A DNA stretch of 35,409 nucleotides from Candidatus Woesearchaeota archaeon (GTDB lineage: Archaea; Nanobdellota; Nanobdellia; Pacearchaeales; GW2011-AR1), in NCBI GenBank assembly GCA_964557325.1, contig CAZKZO010000002.1, positions 1-35,409 on the forward strand, read 5' to 3'. Positions within the stretch are counted from its first letter, which is position 1; the number at the start of each line of letters is the position of its first letter. This document shows positions 25,699 through 32,959 of the stretch, piece after piece. Made by a program: the position numbers and the translations under genes. Under the pieces are notes generated by a model that saw only the letters and a list, made by a program, of their open reading frames with translations, made no database searches and was not told where the DNA came from.

Positions 25699-26903
25699 TT
25701 GGGATAGCAATTTCCATCAACACCTAAATAATATCCAGTTGGACAGCTTACACAATCATTATTGTAACAATAAGAACCTTCTTCACAATAGGTTGTAGGA
25801 CTTCCACATGGCTCGTGACAATATCCATCATTACCTAGAATATATCCTTCTTCACAAGAGACACATTCTCCATTAAAACATTGTCCCGTTTCACAATAAG
25901 TTGTAGGGCTTCCACAAGCTTCATGGCATAAATCATCATCTCCTAAAACGTAACCTTTCTGACAACTTAATTCAGATTCATATTCATGACATTCTCCATT
26001 TGTAAAATATGAACCAGAGCTACAATAAATGAAGCTTTGTTCCTTTATAGAATTAAAATCAATTGCTATACTTGTTTGAGTTCCTGAAATCCAAGTATTA
26101 ATCCCAATTAAATTTCCTTGTTCATCAAATAAACCCCCACCACTACTTCCAAAATAAGTGTATGCATCTGATTCTATAGTTCTAAAATTATCTCCAGTTG
26201 ATTGAGAAAGAACATCTTTAATATCTGTGATTCTTCCTTCACTAATAGAAAATTCTACAACATTTTGGGCATAGGAAGGGTAGCCAACAGCAATAACCTT
26301 CTCATTTATTTCAAATTCATCCGTATAATAAGCAAAGTCATAACTTTTTGCATCAGAAGTTTTAATTTTTAATATTGCTAAATCTATATCTGATTCACTA
26401 AAAGAAACTCTATCCACATCATGTAGTTTTCCATCTTGTGTTCTAACTTGAAAACTTTCAGAAATTCTTTGGAAACAATTCATATCATTATATTCACAAT
26501 CAATAACGTGGCGATTAGTATAAATTGTTAATTCATTATCTTCATTTGCAACAATCACGCCCGAACCAGTCTCACCACTTTCAAAATAAGAGCCATCCAC
26601 ATTTTTTATAGTAACATCATATTTAACCCACACAATTGTTTGTTTTATTTCATCTTTTACACTCTCTACGTCATTGGTTTCTGATTCTGTATAATTCTTG
26701 GCTTGGAGATATTCCTCATAACTATTATAATATTTCCCATCATAAAAATAGGTTCCATGGTTTTCGTCATCACTTTCAGTGTTCTCATAATTTGGTGATT
26801 GAAAAATTATGAAAAGAACTATAAAAAATAATACTATTGTAGCACCTTTCCATAAAGTGCTTTTTTTGATTTGAATTTCACTTTTTCTTTTCTTTTTACT
26901 CAT
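25695..26903 (-). CDS. membrane-anchored trypsin-like (S1) serine protease with C-terminal Cys-rich tandem repeats
   Basis: Catalytic triad context: TNRHVIDC (His), DIDLAILKI (Asp), GSSGGGLF (Ser). N-terminal anchor: WKGATIVLFFIVLFIIF. The C-terminus has about 2.5 repeats of C..GY.LG.D..CHE.CGSPTTYCE.G.C.N..CVSC. Confidence 0.8.
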   Translation of the reverse strand: MSKKKRKSEIQIKKSTLWKGATIVLFFIVLFIIFQSPNYENTESDDENHGTYFYDGKYYNSYEEYLQAKNYTESETNDVESVKDEIKQTIVWVKYDVTIKNVDGSYFESGETGSGVIVANEDNELTIYTNRHVIDCEYNDMNCFQRISESFQVRTQDGKLHDVDRVSFSESDIDLAILKIKTSDAKSYDFAYYTDEFEINEKVIAVGYPSYAQNVVEFSISEGRITDIKDVLSQSTGDNFRTIESDAYTYFGSSGGGLFDEQGNLIGINTWISGTQTSIAIDFNSIKEQSFIYCSSGSYFTNGECHEYESELSCQKGYVLGDDDLCHEACGSPTTYCETGQCFNGECVSCEEGYILGNDGYCHEPCGSPTTYCEEGSYCYNNDCVSCPTGYYLGVDGNCYPN

Positions 26904-26953
26904 GATATAATATTATGACATGTCTCTTTTAAGCATTGCTATTTATTTGTATC

Positions 26954-27178
26954 ATGAAGAAGAGGAAGCCATTAGAGATAAAAAAGAAGATTCTAAATGT
27001 TCTGAGAGAAAATAAAGAGCTATCTTTAAGAGAATTAGATATTAAAGTTAATACGGGGTATCGAACAATAAAAGACTAGATAGAAGAATTAGAGTTCTTC
27101 AGGTTGGTTGAAGTAATAAAACATAAAAAGAATCTAAAAACAGGAAGACCTTATACTAGTGTTAGATTGAAACATTAA
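26954..27178 (+). pseudogene. small wHTH regulator with an in-frame TAG
   Basis: Manual translation: MKKRKPLEIKKKILNVLRENKELSLRELDIKVNTGYRTIKD, then TAG at 27077-27079, then IEELEFFRLVEVIKHKKNLKTGRPYTSVRLKH*. The sequence reads as one continuous winged-helix protein across the stop. Confidence 0.5.
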
Positions 27179-27795
27179 ACTCTAAAAATATCGTCTAGTT
27201 CGGGATTCCTATATTGAGTTTTTTTCACAATTGGTTTTGGTCTATCTGATTCATTCATGGTAATCTGTTTCAATGAACTATCCCAATTATGCTTGCAAGA
27301 AGTACATGTAAAATAATCTTTTATAACTCGCACAATTTCAACCCATTTCTTTTTCTTTTTGTCTTTAACTCTATCTTTAACTGTTCCATCTGTAAAAAGG
27401 TAGACTATGGTGTCATAATATTCATGAGGTATTTTTTCTTCTTTGATTGTTTCTCGCCCAACATGTTTTTTTGTAAATATCTTTTTACAATGCGGGCACT
27501 GGTTCTGATATATTAACCCTGTAAGGAAGCCCAGACCTATTGTTATAGCAACTAGAGAGGGAAATTTAGCCCATTCCCAATAAAATCCTGCAAGAGATAA
27601 AATTGCAAAGAAAACTGTTAAAAATAGTCCTACTGCAAAAGCGTTTATTTTAGAGATGTCAAAATGAGAGCTTCTGTTGCCTTTCATTATTGTACTCTTA
27701 CCTTTAATTCTTGAATATAAGAAAACTACACTTCCAGAAATAACTGTTGCTATGAGGCTAGCAATTATGCCTTCAAAAATATTCTGGAAGTTCAT
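27175..27795 (-). CDS. 3-TM membrane protein with cytoplasmic Zn-ribbon
   Basis: 206 aa. It has three hydrophobic helices, then CPHC ... CTSC (two CxxC pairs about 60 aa apart) and a poly-K stretch. Confidence 0.5.
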   Translation of the reverse strand: MNFQNIFEGIIASLIATVISGSVVFLYSRIKGKSTIMKGNRSSHFDISKINAFAVGLFLTVFFAILSLAGFYWEWAKFPSLVAITIGLGFLTGLIYQNQCPHCKKIFTKKHVGRETIKEEKIPHEYYDTIVYLFTDGTVKDRVKDKKKKKWVEIVRVIKDYFTCTSCKHNWDSSLKQITMNESDRPKPIVKKTQYRNPELDDIFRV

Positions 27796-28044
27796 ATATT
27801 CTATAGTTTTGTTGGGTTTTAAATTGTTTTTATTTTGTCAATTTAATTTAATATTTAAAGTCATTTACTAGCTAATAACGTTATTTGACAATGAATGTTA
27901 TTATTTAACAACATTTGAATGCATTTAAGTTGTTTAAATGTTTTAAATAACGTTTCAAATATTCTTTTAAATTGTTCATTTGGAACGTTTGTGTTGTTTT
28001 AAAGGTTCTAAATGTTTGAATTTTCTAAAGATTCTAAATGTCCT

Positions 28045-28458
28045 TCACTTTCCACGTTTTTTAAGTATTTTAAGAAAATAATCAAAATAAGGTAAAGATC
28101 TTTGAACTATTTCAATCCCTCTTTTTACTTGTTCCCAAGCCGTTTTTCTAACCCTATATTTTCCACCTTCTAACCTTTCAAGATACCCTTTTCTTACTAG
28201 CTTATCACAAGCTTTCTTATAATCTGTATAATTTGATCTACCATAAGCCCTTGCAATTTCACGATAGGTCTCAGGTTTGTTATTGTATTTTGAAAAATAA
28301 GCCAAAACAGCCATTTGAGACTTAGTCCATAAAGTGTATTCTTTTACCCAAATACCTCTTTCTTTCCTTACTCCCATAATTCCTTTATCACCAGATTTTT
28401 TAATTTTCCTTTCAATTTTCTCCGCTTCTTCTCCAATTAATTCTTTTGAATTGCTCAT
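28045..28458 (-). CDS. winged-helix DNA-binding protein (element regulator)
   Basis: 137 aa. YREIARAYGRSNYTDYKKACDKLVRKGYLERLEGGKYRV is a typical wHTH recognition helix plus wing. Confidence 0.6.
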   Translation of the reverse strand: MSNSKELIGEEAEKIERKIKKSGDKGIMGVRKERGIWVKEYTLWTKSQMAVLAYFSKYNNKPETYREIARAYGRSNYTDYKKACDKLVRKGYLERLEGGKYRVRKTAWEQVKRGIEIVQRSLPYFDYFLKILKKRGK

Positions 28459-28612
28459 TTTGTGCGATTATAATATTTTACTCGCATTCTCGCTTATATA
28501 GTTTTTTGATTTTTACTTTTTATGAAAACATTAGAAGAAAAGATTGAGAGAATCTTGTTTATATTGGAAAATCTGGAATTGAGAATTTATAGAAAAATCT
28601 TGGATAAGGAGA

Positions 28613-28792
28613 ATGAAGAAAAACTCACATCTACACATATTGATAGAAACTAGCCTTTTGAATAAACTTAAAGTTGAAGCTCAGGAGAAGAATATATCTT
28701 TAGGACAGCTTTGCAGATCCAAATTAGGAAAACAGCCACAATTGGATAGAATTGAAGGGAAGTTGGATAGGGTTTTGAAAAAACAAAACTAA
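28613..28792 (+). CDS. ribbon-helix-helix (CopG-like) small protein
   Basis: 59-aa ORF below the ORF-track cutoff, found by manual translation: MKKNSHLHILIETSLLNKLKVEAQEKNISLGQLCRSKLGKQPQLDRIEGKLDRVLKKQN. A beta-strand followed by two helices fits the RHH pattern. Its stop overlaps the STAS-like gene stop by 4 nt (ctaa). Confidence 0.45.
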   Translation: MKKNSHLHILIETSLLNKLKVEAQEKNISLGQLCRSKLGKQPQLDRIEGKLDRVLKKQN

Positions 28793-29103
28793 GCAATAAC
28801 CTTTCTTTGTCTATTAACTTTAAATGGAACTTCTAGACCAACGTTTTCATATTGGATATAAACATTTTTGAACATGTTATAAACTTCATTTGACATATTA
28901 GCTTCTACAATTTTCTTTGTAGATAATTTTTTCTGTTTCAAATACTCATCTGCACAAGATCTGGAAATAAACTCCACTTTATCAAAATCCAAGATAATCT
29001 CTTTATTCTTTAAAGAGTTGAGTTTCCTAAAAAAATCAGAAATGGAACTCCTAGTGAAGATATTATTGCCAAATTCGTGTGTCAACAATATCTTGTTATC
29101 CAT
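28789..29103 (-). CDS. STAS-like single-domain protein (DUF4325-like)
   Basis: 104 aa. FTRSSISDFFRKLNSLKNKEIILDFDKVEFISRSCADEYL matches the DUF4325/STAS-like consensus as I recall it (R..g..l...l....kv.LDF.gV..is.SF.dE). It starts 34 bp after the GHKL gene. Confidence 0.6.
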   Translation of the reverse strand: MDNKILLTHEFGNNIFTRSSISDFFRKLNSLKNKEIILDFDKVEFISRSCADEYLKQKKLSTKKIVEANMSNEVYNMFKNVYIQYENVGLEVPFKVNRQRKVIA

Positions 29104-29137
29104 ATTAGTAATAGAAGGATAATCTATTTAAAACTTA

Positions 29138-29998
29138 CTATTCCACAAAATTATAGATGTTTAACTTATTTTTAGGAGTCTTTAATCTGAGATAAACAAA
29201 GGTTCCTTTAACCGAATTTCCCTCTAGATCATAAAGAATCGGTTCTTTTTCAGATCTAATAATTAGTATACCTCTTCTTGATATGATGTAAAGTTCTCCT
29301 TTTAGCCCTTCTATAGACAACTTTTTGCAAGTTCTTAATCCAAATCCCCTCATTTCCTCATTACTTTTAGTTGTAACTTCACCCCAAACAGCCTTTTTTA
29401 TTGCTTCTTGGTCTCCATTAAAGGAAATATTGTGTTTTTCAAATAATTTTGGGATAGATACCCCATTATCAAAAACCGCAATATCTACCATTTTCTTTGT
29501 AGGATAATATTGTGCCATTAGAGAAGCACATTCAAATTCAGAATGGTCATCTATATTATCTGAAAGCTCTCCCAAGATATATTTTATACTCTCTCCAAAC
29601 TGATAAGGCAATTTTTCTTCAATTTTGGTTATAAGTTCGTTTACTTGTCTGTTAACTTGATTTCTATCTTCAGTGTCCTTTTTGAAATGTTTTATTGAAA
29701 CATAAGAACCTCCATCCTCTTCATTTCCTAAAGGGAATCCAATCTTTTTCATATGCTCACGAACTTTTTCGTTTTGTGGTTCTTTATACATGACACTTTG
29801 TGCACCATGATCTAAAAATTCCCTTATTTTATTACTTATTAATATCATAGAACATGGAATAAACCATTGAATATCTGATAGATCAATAGAAATTTTTTGG
29901 GTTTGATTAAATTCTTTTTCCATATCATTCATAACTTTCACAGCTACAGTAATATGTTCTAGAACGTTATCTCCGCTTGGGAACTCTATTTTAATCAT
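29138..29998 (-). CDS. GHKL-superfamily ATPase (SpoIIAB/RsbW-like) with N-terminal STAS-like region
   Basis: N-box ILGELSDNIDDHSEF (E-x3-N-x3-H), G1-like VFDNGVSIP, G2 RGFGLRT, terminal strand GTFVYLRL. The N-terminal ~90 aa (ISIDLSDIQWFIPCSMILISNKIREFLDHG) look like a second STAS-type module. It starts 43 bp after the integrase stop. Confidence 0.65.
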   Translation of the reverse strand: MIKIEFPSGDNVLEHITVAVKVMNDMEKEFNQTQKISIDLSDIQWFIPCSMILISNKIREFLDHGAQSVMYKEPQNEKVREHMKKIGFPLGNEEDGGSYVSIKHFKKDTEDRNQVNRQVNELITKIEEKLPYQFGESIKYILGELSDNIDDHSEFECASLMAQYYPTKKMVDIAVFDNGVSIPKLFEKHNISFNGDQEAIKKAVWGEVTTKSNEEMRGFGLRTCKKLSIEGLKGELYIISRRGILIIRSEKEPILYDLEGNSVKGTFVYLRLKTPKNKLNIYNFVE

Positions 29999-30041
29999 AC
30001 GTTATTTTACAAATAAGACTTTTTATTTATTTCTAAACCAT

Positions 30042-31199
30042 TCACAATCTATCCAACAACTTATCAATCTTAATTACTGCTTCCATAAACTTGTCAACTT
30101 TTTCTTCTATTGCAATTATTCTGTCTTGGAGTATTTCTCTTTCTGTATTGCTTTCTTTTAGGTTCCTTTCTATTTCTGTTTTTTCTTCAGAGAGAATTAA
30201 ATCATCTTGAGAAATAGTATCCTTCATCCCTAACATTTCAGAATAATAATGAATCTTGTCCGATTTCTTCCATCCAAAACGATATTTTAATGCTGATTCT
30301 GATTTATATCTTGGAAGCCAATAACAACAAGAACAATGTCTAAAATCATACATTGTTAATTTAGAGTAAAATTCTCCAGCAAGACTTTTTTCTTCACCCA
30401 AAACTCTTTTTGCTAATCTTTGTAAATAAACATTAACACTTGAAGGCTTTATTGGAAATAGGTAATTATCATCTTTTAACCCATTCTCATTAACATAATC
30501 TTTAATGTATTGTGTACAAAGTAAAAGTTTAATTTTCCTTCCAAAAGTCTTGCTTACCTCGTCTCTTATAACTAATTCCTTAAAACCACTATAAAAATCA
30601 GAAACCTTGATGTTAACTAGTTCTGTAGGGGATCTTATTCCAGAATCATAAAGTAACATAATTAAGACCTTGTATTTCCATTGAGCATTATTACAAAGCT
30701 TTCTTACTTGTTCTTCCGTTAGATAAACCCAACGGGGTTTTTCAGAGCGGGAATCTAAGTCATTAGTTATATCTTGAATTTCAATACCTTCTTTTTTACT
30801 AATTTTTTGATACCAATGCCAAAATGCTTTGAATATCTTAACAAAGTAAGCTGTAGATTGATATTTCTTACCATCATTTCTTGTTATTTCTCCTTTTCTC
30901 ATTTTTGAAAAGAATAGAACTAGTTGATTCTCTGTAATGTCTGTTATACAATTTAAATTGTAAACTTCTTTAAATCTTCTAGCGAAGAACCCTAATTTTT
31001 CTCTTAAAGTATTAAGCCTTATGTAACTTCTCCCACCCTTAACGCTCTTTAAAGATACATTTAAACCATGCTCCATATCATTTAGGTATTGAAGAATTAT
31101 ATCTGAATTTCTCTTAGAAATGTTTGGAATTCCTTTAAATGAAACTTGGGCTTTCCATTCTTTGTATCTTTTTTCGTGGTTATACGGATCAATTCTCAT
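30042..31199 (-). CDS. tyrosine recombinase / integrase
   Basis: 385 aa. YDSGIRSPTELVNIKVSDF (catalytic Arg I), SKTFGRKIKL (Lys), MYDFRHCSCCYW (Arg II / His), FGWKKSDKIHYYSE (Trp/His and Tyr nucleophile). A coiled-coil C-terminal tail follows. It lies about 760 bp from att copy 2. Confidence 0.8.
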   Translation of the reverse strand: MRIDPYNHEKRYKEWKAQVSFKGIPNISKRNSDIILQYLNDMEHGLNVSLKSVKGGRSYIRLNTLREKLGFFARRFKEVYNLNCITDITENQLVLFFSKMRKGEITRNDGKKYQSTAYFVKIFKAFWHWYQKISKKEGIEIQDITNDLDSRSEKPRWVYLTEEQVRKLCNNAQWKYKVLIMLLYDSGIRSPTELVNIKVSDFYSGFKELVIRDEVSKTFGRKIKLLLCTQYIKDYVNENGLKDDNYLFPIKPSSVNVYLQRLAKRVLGEEKSLAGEFYSKLTMYDFRHCSCCYWLPRYKSESALKYRFGWKKSDKIHYYSEMLGMKDTISQDDLILSEEKTEIERNLKESNTEREILQDRIIAIEEKVDKFMEAVIKIDKLLDRL

Positions 31200-31267
31200 C
31201 TAAGAGATAGTCAGAATTACTTTTTAATCAACCGCAACAATTTCGCAACATGTTGTGGAGTTGAACA

Positions 31268-31714
31268 TCATTTCTTTTTGAAAGAATTATATAAAAAGAG
31301 AGCAATCTTTTTAATTAATACAAACGCTATCAAAAACATAAATATGTATAAAATTACTATAACAATTTGAGAGAGTGTTGTTAGAATTTCGTTTGAATTT
31401 GGACTATCTTTTATCGTTACCCATGCGAAAATCGTTGTGGCTAAAGCTAAAATCCATGTGGCATTTCTTAAACTATCGGTTGCATGAACTAATTTTTTTT
31501 GTATATGGAAATTTTGTACAATCATGGCTTTTTCTAAGTCTTTTTCTTGGAAATTAAATACTGGGGATTGAAAGATAGCCATTATATCTTTAGAATACTC
31601 TTTTAGTGATTTTTTGAAATCTTCTCTTTCTATATACTCTTCAGAACTTTTTTCTTGATTATTTTTCCACAAATTTTGAATTTTCTTAATTAGTTTCATT
31701 TTAATCAGATTCAT
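31268..31714 (-). CDS. hypothetical protein with two C-terminal TM helices
   Basis: 148 aa. A charged helical N-terminal half is followed by WILALATTIFAWVTI and IVIVILYIFMFLIAFVLI. It overlaps the upstream 69-aa ORF by 14 nt. Confidence 0.45.
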   Translation of the reverse strand: MNLIKMKLIKKIQNLWKNNQEKSSEEYIEREDFKKSLKEYSKDIMAIFQSPVFNFQEKDLEKAMIVQNFHIQKKLVHATDSLRNATWILALATTIFAWVTIKDSPNSNEILTTLSQIVIVILYIFMFLIAFVLIKKIALFLYNSFKKK

Positions 31715-31910
31715 TCAGAAGTTTATATATTCTATAACCCCAATAAGTTACTATAAGAATCGGAGCTAGTTTAAATGCAATAAATCCAACTATGCATCCA
31801 AACAGACTGATTTCACATAATGTTTCATAAAATACTTCTCTAAGTATTGAAAGTATTGGAAATAAGATTATTGTGATTATTAGTTTTTTCATAAAATCCC
31901 AAAGAATCAA
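31701..31910 (-). CDS. small 2-TM membrane protein
   Basis: 69 aa. It has two hydrophobic helices (LIITIILFPILSIL; GCIVGFIAFKLAPILIVTYW). It is the first gene inside att copy 2. Confidence 0.4.
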   Translation of the reverse strand: MILWDFMKKLIITIILFPILSILREVFYETLCEISLFGCIVGFIAFKLAPILIVTYWGYRIYKLLNESD

Positions 31911-31929
31911 TATTTTATAAATATCGTGT

Positions 31930-31950
31930 AAAAGCCCATCTAAACTCTAC
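31930..31950. repeat. sub-terminal inverted repeat, right arm
   Basis: aaaagcccatctaaactctac. See the left arm at 23621-23641. Confidence 0.6.
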
Positions 31951-31961
31951 AAAGAATATCA

Positions 31962-31976
31962 ACGCCCCGACCGAAC
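31962..31976. repeat. att copy 2 (internal)
   Basis: acgccccgaccgaac is identical to 23593-23607. The core cgccccgaccga is shared with the tRNA-Glu 3' end. Confidence 0.8.
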
Positions 31977-31992
31977 GCAAGACAAAAGTGTC

Positions 31993-32889
31993 TCAGTTAG
32001 GGTTTTTTAAATACCTACCATATTCAGCTAAGTATCTTCTAAAAAACCATTGAATAAATATATTGTCGTCTTGGTTTACCTGTGATCTTTCTAAGGCATT
32101 ATAATAACTACTTCTCTTTGTGTAATGAATATCCAACATCGGAAACTTGAATTTTTTTAAGACAAAATTCATCATTAATCTTGAAATTCTACCATTGCCA
32201 TCTGTGAAAGGGTGAATAGTTACAAATTTTAGATGAACTAAAGCTGCTAATTCAACAGGGTACATTTTATTTTTTTCTCTATTATACCAGTCAAAAAATT
32301 CTTTCAAAAGGGTTTCTAACTCCAAATGCATTGGGGGTTTAAACTTTGATTGAGAAATTGCGATATCGTGATTTCTTGTTTTGCCTGCTATGTCTTTTGC
32401 TGTTTCCTTCATTAGGTCCTTATGCCATTTTAATACAATTTGCAAATTCAAATCTTTTTCATAATCAAGCATTTCAAAGAAGACTTCTTTATGTGCCTCA
32501 GCCTCTTTAACATCTCTTAAAGGCTTTGATGCAGGAGTTATTCCATCTTCCAATAATTTAGCAGTATCTTTTAATGTAAGAGTGCTTCCTTCAATTCTTT
32601 GAGTATTGTAAGTAAATTGAACTGCAAAAGTATCTTTTTTCTTCTTTCTTGCAGAAACAGGCATTGCCTTATACTCTTTATCAAAATTCTTCTGAATCTT
32701 ATTTATGTTTCCAAAGAACTTTTCTTTGTAAAATTCCTGCATAAACTCTTTCTTCTTTTCTCTTATATCTTTTGGGATATTCTCGCCTAAGTAAAATTGT
32801 TTCTTCTTTACAGATTTGCCTTCTCGGTAGCTATGACCAAGATAAAAATATTTTCTGTTGCCTTTTTGCATTTCTTTAATTTCTACCAT
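31993..32889 (-). CDS. fic: Fic-family protein (AMPylase type) with N-terminal inhibitory motif
   Basis: Canonical Fic motif HPFTDGNGRISR (HxFx[DE]GNGRxxR). The upstream TQRIEG fits the [ST]xxxE[GN] auto-inhibitory helix motif. Confidence 0.9.
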   Translation of the reverse strand: MVEIKEMQKGNRKYFYLGHSYREGKSVKKKQFYLGENIPKDIREKKKEFMQEFYKEKFFGNINKIQKNFDKEYKAMPVSARKKKKDTFAVQFTYNTQRIEGSTLTLKDTAKLLEDGITPASKPLRDVKEAEAHKEVFFEMLDYEKDLNLQIVLKWHKDLMKETAKDIAGKTRNHDIAISQSKFKPPMHLELETLLKEFFDWYNREKNKMYPVELAALVHLKFVTIHPFTDGNGRISRLMMNFVLKKFKFPMLDIHYTKRSSYYNALERSQVNQDDNIFIQWFFRRYLAEYGRYLKNPN

Positions 32890-32941
32890 AAGAATTCTTA
32901 TACCTACATCTTTATAAATTTATTGTTTTTGTTAAAATGTA

Positions 32942-32959
32942 GATATACGCCCCGACCGA
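32942..32959. repeat. att copy 3 (overlaps the 3' end of tRNA-Glu)
   Basis: gatatacgccccgaccga is identical to 23588-23605. Positions 32948-32959 are the last 12 nt of the tRNA. Confidence 0.85.

Larger units (their letters stand above)
23588..32959. mobile_element. composite integrated element at tRNA-Glu(UUC): 8.4-kb integrase module plus 1-kb Fic module
   Basis: Three direct copies of the GC-rich tRNA 3' end lie at 23588, 31962 and 32942. A tyrosine recombinase gene is at 30042-31199. A 21-bp imperfect inverted repeat sits just inside both ends of the 8.4-kb module. The cargo is accessory-type. Confidence 0.8.

Noticed and set aside
27796-28044. AT-rich intergenic region in the element with many short palindromes and repeats: aataacgttatt, aatgtt-N10-aacatt, aacgtt x3, ttctaaatgt x2. 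I considered it as a replication origin or iteron array.
   Set aside because: Palindromes of 10-12 bp are expected many times by chance at this AT content. No regularly phased iterons and no adjacent replication initiator gene were seen. It is probably just promoter and terminator DNA.
28522-28653. 43-codon + strand ORF (MKTLEEKIERILFILENLELRIYRKILDKENEEKLTSTHIDRN) overlapping the start of the RHH ORF.
   Set aside because: It is very short with no recognisable motif. It overlaps the better-supported RHH frame. It cannot be distinguished from a chance ORF without comparative data.
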